The notes beneath the pieces were generated by a model. That model was given only the letters and a program-made list of their open reading frames with translations. It was not told where the DNA came from and made no database searches. A stretch of DNA of 32,000 nucleotides from Candidatus Saccharimonas aalborgensis (GTDB lineage: Bacteria; Patescibacteriota; Saccharimonadia; Saccharimonadales; Saccharimonadaceae): assembly GCF_000392435.1 (NCBI RefSeq), contig NC_021219.1, forward strand, positions 660,001 to 692,000. The letters run 5' to 3'. The number at the start of each line of letters is the position of its first letter. Position 1 is the first letter of the stretch. Positions 1 to 6,953 of the stretch are shown one piece after another. A program made the position numbers and the translations under genes.

Positions 1-1
1 T

Positions 2-1057
2 GGTGTCGAAGATGCCAAACGAGTCTTGCGGGCATGCCAGCAAGACTCTACCTCTGTAGCGTGTACTGCTCTCGATGCGCACAAGTGCAGCACTATCACA
101 GATGCTCAAGTCGTCAGTGGCAGTGGCGAGACGACCATTAAGACAAACGGCTCGAGCGATACTAGTCTCAACCAAGCCTATACGTGTGTCAAGATATTTC
201 GACAAACCGACGATAATATAGGGGATCTGACTGCGGGCACAAGTAAAGTTATTCGCATGAAAGCGACAGCCCCGTTTTCTTATTTCACCGTTGAGTGGAT
301 GCTAAAGGGCAAGCCAGGCGGTGAGGATTCATCTGATCTTACAGCTCCTACCTCGAGCGTCCCTGTTATATCGTTACCGCCACGCTCAGGTTGGTCATCA
401 AACTCGCCATCACTCTTGCGTGTCCAAGCTCTTCTGCCCCCAAATGCCAGTTCGGTGGATAGGGCGGCGATGGACGGAGCAATGCCAGATCCAGCAAATC
501 CAGGTAATAGTATCTATATCGCGTCAACAACATTCCTGAGGCCATCAAATGTAAGCGCCTCTCAGAATGCGCTCGGTACGACTGCTTCGATAGGCTCTCA
601 ACCACGTGCACCAGCTGATCTCAACGCTCATGTCGAATCGCTGAGTCCGATTGCGGTATCGTGCTCGAAAGCTGGCTATCTTGGCGGTGCATACGCCTGT
701 AAAGCTGCATTTAAAGTATCATATACGGTCCCCGCGGGCTCGACAGTTGCTTTTCTGCGATTAAGTAGTATCTATCGAGATACCTCATATCGAGTAGCCC
801 TTTATACATCAGAGCTTGATCAAACGCTCGTACAGTTTGATGGTGTCCAGCCTCTTGTTGACTCAACAGGTCGGGCAAATAATGTCTATCGGCGGGTTGA
901 GAGTCGTATTGAACCAGGGGTTGCTGGTACAGGAGCACTTCCGTATCCTGAAAATGCGGTCGATGTAACCGGCAGTTTTTGCAAAGATTTTTATATTACT
1001 AATACAGTGGGGAGCACGGGAGTGCCTGCCTGCTCCACCATTCCCGTCATTCCGTAG
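2..1057 (+). CDS. hypothetical Cys-containing secreted/surface protein, probably 5'-truncated by the window edge
   Basis: The frame is open from base 2, with no stop before the TTG at 26, so the gene probably starts upstream. The protein is S/T/A/G/P-rich with 8 Cys and no catalytic motif I recognise. The C-terminal stretch DSTGRANNVYRRVESRI faintly recalls PilX-like pilus-associated proteins, but this is only an impression. Confidence 0.45.
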   Translation, partial: GVEDAKRVLRACQQDSTSVACTALDAHKCSTITDAQVVSGSGETTIKTNGSSDTSLNQAYTCVKIFRQTDDNIGDLTAGTSKVIRMKATAPFSYFTVEWMLKGKPGGEDSSDLTAPTSSVPVISLPPRSGWSSNSPSLLRVQALLPPNASSVDRAAMDGAMPDPANPGNSIYIASTTFLRPSNVSASQNALGTTASIGSQPRAPADLNAHVESLSPIAVSCSKAGYLGGAYACKAAFKVSYTVPAGSTVAFLRLSSIYRDTSYRVALYTSELDQTLVQFDGVQPLVDSTGRANNVYRRVESRIEPGVAGTGALPYPENAVDVTGSFCKDFYITNTVGSTGVPACSTIPVIP

Positions 1058-1976
1058 TAGAGTTCTCGCTATGGTATTGATCGTATACCTGCTTGAGGTG
1101 GGTATCTGTCACATGGGTATACACCTGGGTAGTACTAATGTTGCTGTGGCCTAGCATGGATTGTACACTACGGATATCTGCCCCGTTCATCAGCAGGTCT
1201 GTTGCGAAACTATGACGCATAGTGTGAGGGCTGACGTGTTTTGTGATACCGGCAAGTTTTGCGTATTTACTGACGAGGCGCTCAATACTTCGAGGAGTCA
1301 GTCGTCTGTACATTCCAGATCGATCGGCGCCGCAGTTACGACTATAGTTTAAAAATAGGGGAGGCAGTGAGTCGGTTCGTGTAGACAAATAGGCCTCAAC
1401 ATGCGCAGCTGCCTCTCGACTCACAAAGACTGGTCTATCTTTTTGGCCTTTACCGCGCACCATAAATTCTCTGCGTTTGGTATTGATATGGTCCCTGTCA
1501 AGAGCGGTGAGTTCGGATATTCGTAGCCCACTTGAAAAGAGTAGTTCGATTATCGCACGGTCGCGCAGGTGCTGCTCTTTGCCGGTTGATGGGATAGATT
1601 CGATGAGGCGTTGAAGCTCCTCGAAATGGAGAAATGTGACTTGCTTGCGGTGTACCTTTGGGAGTTCAATTTTATCAGGGCTCAGCGAGGCAATGTTCCT
1701 TTTAGAAAGGTAGGATAGAAATCCTCGGAGCGCAATCAAATGATAACTCTGTGTGATGAGTGCGAGGTCCTCTCCAGAAATATCTGAAGTATAGCGATTA
1801 AGCCATAACCGATATTTTCTCATCAGCTCCGATGAGATATCTGCCACTAATATATCTCCGGCAAATTCAATAAAGCGTTCGAGATAACGGCGGTAGTTTT
1901 CGGCAGTTTTTGCTGAGCGACCACGTTCTACTTCCATGTGTTCAATAAAATCAATGATGAGCTCAGACATGTACAT
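1047..1976 (-). CDS. tyrosine site-specific recombinase, XerC/XerD family
   Basis: The N-terminal SAM-like core-binding region is MSELIIDFIEHMEVERGRSAKTAENYRRYLERF. The C-terminal catalytic region is HTMRHSFATDLLMNGADIRSVQSMLGHSNISTTQVYTHV, showing the R..H-x-x-R..H..Y signature. I trimmed the start from 2123 to ATG 1976 (alternative 1970), because the longer ORF runs across the divergent uppP start. Confidence 0.9.
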   Translation of the reverse strand: MYMSELIIDFIEHMEVERGRSAKTAENYRRYLERFIEFAGDILVADISSELMRKYRLWLNRYTSDISGEDLALITQSYHLIALRGFLSYLSKRNIASLSPDKIELPKVHRKQVTFLHFEELQRLIESIPSTGKEQHLRDRAIIELLFSSGLRISELTALDRDHINTKRREFMVRGKGQKDRPVFVSREAAAHVEAYLSTRTDSLPPLFLNYSRNCGADRSGMYRRLTPRSIERLVSKYAKLAGITKHVSPHTMRHSFATDLLMNGADIRSVQSMLGHSNISTTQVYTHVTDTHLKQVYDQYHSENSTTE

Positions 1977-1982
1977 ATACCT

Positions 1983-1988
1983 AGCATA
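1983..1988 (-). promoter_or_regulatory. -10 box (TATGCT) 6 nt upstream of the Xer ATG; implies a leaderless mRNA
   Basis: The minus strand reads TATGCT-aggtat-ATG(1976). The whole divergent intergenic region to uppP is only 46 bp. Confidence 0.45.
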
Positions 1989-2009
1989 GCGCATTATTAA
2001 GCGAAAGCG

Positions 2010-2015
2010 TATAAT
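2010..2015 (+). promoter_or_regulatory. -10 box (TATAAT) 7 nt upstream of the uppP ATG; implies a leaderless mRNA
   Basis: The sequence reads gcgTATAATaacccctATG(2023), with no Shine-Dalgarno sequence in between. Confidence 0.5.
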
Positions 2016-2022
2016 AACCCCT

Positions 2023-2817
2023 ATGGATATATTGCAGACGGTGGTAATGGGGTTGGTGCAGGGTGCAACTGAGTTTATCCCAGTAAGTAGCTCTGGCCAT
2101 CTTGTCATTGCGCAGCACTTCATGAAAATTGCTCCCGATCATCTGTTCCTCGAGTATATTAATATAGGTACCTTGCTCGCACTTATCACCTACTATAGGA
2201 GAGAGTGGAGACAGTTAGTAAAGGATATATTTGAACAAAAAAAGTATTCACTAGCAGTCAACATAGTGCTCACATCTTTGCCTGCAGGACTTATAGGATT
2301 TTTTTTGGCGGATTTTATAGATGGTTCATCCTTTTTCGTAAGCGTATATGTTGTGCTTGTCACACTGCCAACAATCGGTGTTGTCATGATTATCCTAGAG
2401 AGATTGCCCCGCGCTCGCTCGGTAATGCGTATGGAGGAGCTATCCTGGCATAGCGCGCTGACCATTGGTTTTGCTCAAGTGCTAGCGCTTATACCCGGAG
2501 TATCGCGTTCAGGATCAACTATTATCGCGGGTCGCCTTGTAGGGTTGACGAGTTCAGAAGCAGCGAGGTATAGTTTCATGGCTTCATTGCCCATAATGCT
2601 TGCAGTGAGCGTAAAACTCTTTCTAAAATCATCCGATAGACTCTATTTTATTGATCATATGCCAGCCATTGTGATTAGCAACGTTGTTGCCTTTGTAGCA
2701 GGGGTTTCAGCGATCAGTTTTTTGATGCGGTATTTGTCCGGCCATAGCTTAGCCCTTTTTGGGTGGTATCGTATTATCCTTTCGATTGCCGTTCTTAGCA
2801 TGCTTTTGATACTATAA
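2023..2817 (+). CDS. uppP: undecaprenyl-diphosphate phosphatase (BacA/UppP)
   Basis: The N-terminal motif GLVQGATEFIPVSSSGHL and the later PGVSRSGSTI motif are the two conserved UppP signatures. The protein is a polytopic membrane protein of 264 aa. Confidence 0.92.
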   Translation: MDILQTVVMGLVQGATEFIPVSSSGHLVIAQHFMKIAPDHLFLEYINIGTLLALITYYRREWRQLVKDIFEQKKYSLAVNIVLTSLPAGLIGFFLADFIDGSSFFVSVYVVLVTLPTIGVVMIILERLPRARSVMRMEELSWHSALTIGFAQVLALIPGVSRSGSTIIAGRLVGLTSSEAARYSFMASLPIMLAVSVKLFLKSSDRLYFIDHMPAIVISNVVAFVAGVSAISFLMRYLSGHSLALFGWYRIILSIAVLSMLLIL

Positions 2818-2851
2818 GTGAAGAACTAGGAAAAAAAGGAGAATGGTATTG

Positions 2852-3430
2852 ATGGAGCGTACACTTGTTGTGATGAAACCAGATGCTGTACAGCGCGGCA
2901 TAGTTGGTGAAATTATAAGCCGATTTGAAAAAGTTGGTTTGAAGATTATAGGTTCAAAAATGTTTATCCCAAGCCGGGAACTCATGGATACTCATTATCC
3001 GGGCGATCGTATGGAGTTTGTTGAAGGATTAGGCAAGAGGACACTAGAGAGCTACAAAGAGATGGGCCTTGACCCGGTTACACAATTTGGACATGATGAT
3101 CCTATAAAGATTGGTGCCGAAGTACGTCGCTGGCTTACGGAGTTTATGCGTTCTGGCCCTGTTTTTGCTTTTGTACTTGAAGGTCCTCATGCTATCGAAG
3201 TTGTCCGAAAGATTGTGGGTGCAACGCTCCCACAAAAAGCATTGCCAGGCACGATTAGGGGTGACTACTCGTTTGATTCCTCCTATTTGGCAAACAGCAA
3301 TGCGCGACCAGTGAAGAACCTTATCCATGCATCAGGGAATATCGATGAAGCAACCTTTGAGGTCGGTCTGTGGTTTGATGATGATGAATTATTTGATTAT
3401 GATACGATTCATCAAGCGCACATGAAGTAA
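2852..3430 (+). CDS. ndk: nucleoside-diphosphate kinase, long form with an internal insertion
   Basis: MERTLVVMKPDAVQRGIVGEIISRFEKVGLKIIG is the canonical NDK N-terminus, and the catalytic His lies in NLIHAS. I chose ATG 2852 over 2843 because AGGAG at 2837-2841 sits 10 nt upstream of it. Confidence 0.9.
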   Translation: MERTLVVMKPDAVQRGIVGEIISRFEKVGLKIIGSKMFIPSRELMDTHYPGDRMEFVEGLGKRTLESYKEMGLDPVTQFGHDDPIKIGAEVRRWLTEFMRSGPVFAFVLEGPHAIEVVRKIVGATLPQKALPGTIRGDYSFDSSYLANSNARPVKNLIHASGNIDEATFEVGLWFDDDELFDYDTIHQAHMK

Positions 3431-3454
3431 TGGTGTTACGGTTCGTTACTGAGG

Positions 3455-3460
3455 TATAAT
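3455..3460 (+). promoter_or_regulatory. -10 box (TATAAT) 9 nt upstream of tRNA-Arg
   Basis: The sequence reads gagGTATAATggtagctat followed by the tRNA 5' end at 3470. Confidence 0.5.
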
Positions 3461-3469
3461 GGTAGCTAT

Positions 3470-3546
3470 GCCTCGGTAGCTCAATTGGATAGAGCAGTTC
3501 CGTCCTAAGGAAAAGGTTGTAGGTTCAACTCCTGCCCGGGGTACCA
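3470..3546 (+). tRNA. tRNA-Arg (anticodon CCT), CCA encoded
   Basis: I folded the cloverleaf by hand. The acceptor is GCCTCGG/CCGGGGT (two G-U pairs) and the D arm is GCTC..GAGC. The anticodon loop is GTCCTAA and the T arm is GTAGG-TTCAACT-CCTGC. The discriminator is A followed by CCA. There is one G-A mismatch at the base of the anticodon stem. Confidence 0.85.
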
Positions 3547-3556
3547 AAGGATGAAT

Positions 3557-4093
3557 ATGAAGCAAGTACAAACGTCAGAAGTTGCATTTGAAGGCCAACG
3601 TGAGGGTGAAAAGCTGCTCTTTGTTTTTCGTCGTCATATCATCGCTATGAGGAAGGGATTTTATGGGCTTCTGATACCGTTTGCCTTAACGTCGATTCCT
3701 CCGCTTATTTGGTCCGCAAACCTTGAGTTATTTATCTTGCCGCTCGTCGGGCTAGGGATCGGATTGATCATCTTTTTTTACCACTTTATTATGTGGTATT
3801 TTACTGTTTATATTGTTTCTAATGAGCGTATACGGCAGGTGACACAACGCGGCCTGTTTGGAAAGGATGTCGTAGAGCTGCGTCTATCAAAAATTCAAAA
3901 CATTAGCTATAATGTACCTGGATTCACGGGCGAAATATTTAAATTTGGCACCATCGTCATTCAAACCTTTGTTGGCGATCTCGTTATCCATAATGTTGAG
4001 CACCCGGGAAAAATATATAATAAGCTGCAAGATGCTGTAAATCATGCAATCGAGGTAGTTCCTCAAGGAGAACATGAAGAAACTGACACTTAA
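3557..4093 (+). CDS. membrane protein with bacterial PH (YdbS/YdbT-like, bPH_2) domain
   Basis: Two TM helices are followed by RIRQVTQRGLFGKDVVELRLSKIQNISYNVPGFTGEIFKFGTIVIQT, which resembles bPH_2/DUF304 proteins. I prefer ATG 3557 (AAGGA lies 5 nt upstream), and ATG 3551 is the alternative. Confidence 0.6.
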   Translation: MKQVQTSEVAFEGQREGEKLLFVFRRHIIAMRKGFYGLLIPFALTSIPPLIWSANLELFILPLVGLGIGLIIFFYHFIMWYFTVYIVSNERIRQVTQRGLFGKDVVELRLSKIQNISYNVPGFTGEIFKFGTIVIQTFVGDLVIHNVEHPGKIYNKLQDAVNHAIEVVPQGEHEETDT

Positions 4094-5123
4094 GTCGGTG
4101 CTAAAAGGCCGAAAGAAATCAGAAGAGTCGCCATCTCGTATTACCAACGAGACAGTAGCAGAACACCGCGAAAAGATTCTTGCGGGGGGTAGGAGGTTTA
4201 AATATCCTATACAATATGCTCGGCACAAACTTGTCATCAATGCACTGATGATAGTAGTTGCATCAGTGGTTGTTCTTGCGTTGTTGGGGTGGTGGCAACT
4301 CTATTTCGTGCAAAACTCGAGCACATTTCTGTATAGAGTAACGCGTATCATACCGGTACCGGTTGCTTCTGTCGATGGCGAGTCGGTGCCTTTTGGTGAT
4401 TATTTAGTAAAATATCGTGGTTCTGAGTACTACATGAGTAAGTATAGTGAGGAGAAGCTTGATAGTGCCGATGGTAAGAAACAGCTCGATCATTTTAAGC
4501 GCGTGGCACTCAACTCTGCGATTGCTGATGCGTATGCTCAGAAATTAGCGCGCATCAATAACGTCACTATAAATGATAAAGACGTTGATGCAGTTATCGA
4601 TTTGCAGCGTAACACCGCCAATGGTCGCATTACAGAGGAAACGTTTTATGCCTCCTCAAGAATGCTCTATGATTGGTCACCTGACGATTATCGTTCACAA
4701 CTCAGCCGCAGTATTTTACGATCGAGGGTGGCATTTGCGATCGACAAGACTGCGGTAGAGCGTGAGACAAAAGCGGCAACACTCCTCGGTGAAAATAATA
4801 ATGATTTTCGTCTGGTAGCTAGCCTTATGGGCGGTGAGGGAAATGCAAAGGTGCAGGCTGGAGTATCGGGGCCAGTTGATATTACGGGAACATTCGGTGG
4901 GCTACAGGTTTCTGAGGTTGCTAAGGTGCCAAAGGGGACAGTTTCGAGTGTTCTGCTTACAAGCACTGATGGTGGCTACTATTACGTTCGAGTGCTCGAT
5001 AAAAATGAAAAACAAATTAACTTTGAATATCTTCATATCCCACTGGCCGAGTTTGCTAATCAATTAGCACGTCTCAAAGCGGATGGCAAGATTCACGAGT
5101 ATATAGCTGTTCCAAAAGAATAA
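4074..5123 (+). CDS. membrane-anchored hypothetical protein, possibly a SurA-N/PpiD-like chaperone domain
   Basis: AAGGAG lies at 4065-4070. A basic N-terminus is followed by a single TM helix (LVINALMIVVASVVVLALLGWW). The extracytoplasmic part, with DHFKRVALNSAIADAYAQKLARINNVTINDKDVDAVI, recalls SurA N-terminal-type domains. No PPIase motif is visible. The gene overlaps the upstream gene by 20 nt. Confidence 0.5.
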   Translation: MKKLTLKSVLKGRKKSEESPSRITNETVAEHREKILAGGRRFKYPIQYARHKLVINALMIVVASVVVLALLGWWQLYFVQNSSTFLYRVTRIIPVPVASVDGESVPFGDYLVKYRGSEYYMSKYSEEKLDSADGKKQLDHFKRVALNSAIADAYAQKLARINNVTINDKDVDAVIDLQRNTANGRITEETFYASSRMLYDWSPDDYRSQLSRSILRSRVAFAIDKTAVERETKAATLLGENNNDFRLVASLMGGEGNAKVQAGVSGPVDITGTFGGLQVSEVAKVPKGTVSSVLLTSTDGGYYYVRVLDKNEKQINFEYLHIPLAEFANQLARLKADGKIHEYIAVPKE

Positions 5124-5148
5124 TAGTACCGCAAAGGAGTTATCTAGA

Positions 5149-5742
5149 ATGCACATTTTACCGGATTTGCCGTATGATTACGCGGCGCTCGAACCTGTAA
5201 TAAGCGAGGAGATCATGCGTTTGCACCATCTCAAACATCATCAGACATACGTCGATAAGCTAAATGCGGCGCTTGAACAAGCAACGGAGTTTAAGGATAC
5301 TCCATTGGTTGAACTTTTGTCAGATATAGAGAAATTACCTTCGTCAATAAAAACCGCTATTCGAAACCATGGTGGTGGTCACTATAACCATAGTCTTTTC
5401 TGGAAGTGTATGCGGCCTGGAGATGGGGGCCAACCTGGGGGCGAATTGGCAGAAGCGATTACAGCAAAGTGGGGGAGTTATCACGCGTTTGTCCAAGAGT
5501 TTTCTAGTGCAGCAACTGGATTATTCGGTAGCGGATGGGTGTGGTTGACACGCGATCTTGAGATAATCCCATTGCCAAATCAAGACACTCCCATGATGCT
5601 AGGTAAGGGTGAACCGATCCTGGGACTCGATGTGTGGGAGCACGCCTACTATCTCGATTATAAGAATAAACGCGACGAATACATTAACAGTTGGTGGAAG
5701 TTAGTAAACTGGGAGTTTGTTGAGGAACGTTACAGGAGATAA
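5149..5742 (+). CDS. sodA: superoxide dismutase, Fe/Mn family (Mn-type signature)
   Basis: Diagnostic motifs are LPDLPYDYAALEP, HHLKHHQTYV, GGGHYNHSLFW and DVWEHAYYLDYKNKR. The GGHxNHSLFW motif is closer to Mn-SOD than to Fe-SOD. AAGGAG lies upstream. Confidence 0.93.
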   Translation: MHILPDLPYDYAALEPVISEEIMRLHHLKHHQTYVDKLNAALEQATEFKDTPLVELLSDIEKLPSSIKTAIRNHGGGHYNHSLFWKCMRPGDGGQPGGELAEAITAKWGSYHAFVQEFSSAATGLFGSGWVWLTRDLEIIPLPNQDTPMMLGKGEPILGLDVWEHAYYLDYKNKRDEYINSWWKLVNWEFVEERYRR

Positions 5743-5743
5743 T

Positions 5744-6160
5744 ATGGAAACAAAGGTGCTAATTGTCGCAGTCGTGGAAAATGATGGTAGTATTCTGATG
5801 CGCAAAAAACCAGACGGTTCGCCACCATACAAAGAAACCTGGTACATATTCGGTGCTACGGCGACGCCCGATACATCGGTTGATGAAGCGGTGAAGCGTG
5901 AGGTAAAAGCAAAGTCAGGCGTCGATGTAGTATTAAAGAATAAGCTCTCGTGGGACACGGAGATCAAAAATGATCTTGACGGTGTAAGAAAGTTCTTTAT
6001 CTACCTCGATGTGCTTTGCGAATACGTCGGTGGTGATCTAGTGGCTGGAGCGGACGTTGAGAAGCTCGAGTGGGTGGATAAAAGTGAACTTGCTCATTAT
6101 GATATTGTCCCGCCATCACGCGTGTTGTTTGAGAAATTAGGCTACATACGTAACGTTTAG
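5744..6160 (+). CDS. NUDIX-fold protein with a degenerate Nudix box
   Basis: I trimmed the start to ATG 5744 (CAGGAG lies 5 nt upstream, immediately after the sodA stop). The box region GATATPDTSVDEAVKREVKAKSGV follows the Gx5Ex7REUxEExGU spacing. However, the two Glu of the EE pair are replaced by Ala-Lys and the first Glu by Asp. Confidence 0.6.
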   Translation: METKVLIVAVVENDGSILMRKKPDGSPPYKETWYIFGATATPDTSVDEAVKREVKAKSGVDVVLKNKLSWDTEIKNDLDGVRKFFIYLDVLCEYVGGDLVAGADVEKLEWVDKSELAHYDIVPPSRVLFEKLGYIRNV

Positions 6161-6261
6161 TCGAACGTTGCTTTACTTTTTCGCTCGAAAGGGACACGTG
6201 CGAGCAGGAGTTTTCTTTCTCAATTCACTGAATCGCCAGCTCAAATCATACGGAACATGCC

Positions 6262-6286
6262 AAAATAAAAGATCCACCCGCGGTGG
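6262..6286 (-). terminator. intrinsic terminator downstream of tRNA-Asp
   Basis: The minus strand reads CCACC-gcg-GGTGG followed by atcTTTTATTTTgg. Confidence 0.5.
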
Positions 6287-6302
6287 GGTGAATATATTAT
6301 TT

Positions 6303-6380
6303 TGGCGCGCCCGACCGGATTCGAACCGGCGATCTCCTCCGTGACAGGGAGGCGTACTAGGCCAACTATACCACGGGCGC
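6303..6380 (-). tRNA. tRNA-Asp (anticodon GTC), CCA encoded
   Basis: The reverse complement folds as acceptor GCGCCCG/CGGGCGC, anticodon stem CCTCC/GGAGG with loop CTGTCAC, and T arm GCCGG-TTCGAAT-CCGGT. The discriminator is G followed by CCA. Confidence 0.9.
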
Positions 6381-6461
6381 ATATCGCAGTGCTCCCAGTA
6401 TTCTAGCAGTAGAAAGAGTTTTTTTCAACAGGGATAGACGATTCCTTCACCGGGCCCAGGG

Positions 6462-6470
6462 TGGTATAAT
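6462..6470 (+). promoter_or_regulatory. extended -10 (TGgTATAAT) upstream of tRNA-Thr
   Basis: The motif gTGGTATAAT lies 19 nt upstream of the tRNA 5' end. Confidence 0.5.
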
Positions 6471-6489
6471 GAAACATGTTTAGGTGTAT

Positions 6490-6565
6490 GCCGCTGTAGC
6501 TCAGTTGGTAGAGCGGCGCTTTCGTAAAGCGTAGGTCACCGGTTCAACCCCGGTCAGCGGCTCCA
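6490..6565 (+). tRNA. tRNA-Thr (anticodon CGT), CCA encoded, discriminator U
   Basis: The acceptor is GCCGCTG/CAGCGGC and the D arm is GCTC-agttggta-GAGC. The anticodon loop is TTCGTAA and the T arm is ACCGG-TTCAACC-CCGGT. The discriminator is T followed by CCA. Confidence 0.9.
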
Positions 6566-6573
6566 AGGAACGT

Positions 6574-6951
6574 ATGAGTAGAGAAGACATTAAACTATCT
6601 ATAAAACGCGTCATGACGGATCGTCCGTTTTTGCTGCTTTTAGCTGCAGTGATTGTGTCTGGTGTGGTATATACGGCAATAACTGGTTTTTCACTACAAG
6701 TTCGTGATGCACAAGTCTATTCAAGAGTGAGCGCATTTGGCGAGCAACATTTTTATAAAGACCACTGGCAATATCTGGCAGGGTTTGCACTTTTTGGAGC
6801 TGCAGTGACAACTATTCATACCATGTTAATGATTAAACTTCACAATCTTGAGCGTCGACAAACAGCGTTGCTTCTTGGATATGCAACGATAGTCATTTTT
6901 GTGATATCGCTCGGCTATGCTCTCTCAATAATGCGCTTGGCGTTCCGATAG
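6574..6951 (+). CDS. small integral membrane protein (3-4 TM), function unknown
   Basis: Hydrophobic segments include LLLLAAVIVSGVVYTAITGF, YLAGFALFGAAVTTIHTMLMI and LLLGYATIVIFVISLGYAL. The gene starts 8 nt after the tRNA-Thr CCA and ends 2 nt before the GT2 gene. Confidence 0.6.
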   Translation: MSREDIKLSIKRVMTDRPFLLLLAAVIVSGVVYTAITGFSLQVRDAQVYSRVSAFGEQHFYKDHWQYLAGFALFGAAVTTIHTMLMIKLHNLERRQTALLLGYATIVIFVISLGYALSIMRLAFR

Positions 6952-6953
6952 CC

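Noticed and set aside
1977-2123. The long N-terminal extension of the Xer ORF (track start 2123).
   Set aside because: The extension runs antisense across the uppP start and the first 33 codons. Recombinase homology begins at MSELIIDF, and a -10 box sits 6 nt before ATG 1976.
6173-6382. A 69-aa minus-strand ORF.
   Set aside because: It covers tRNA-Asp (6303-6380) and its terminator. The tRNA cloverleaf explains the sequence.
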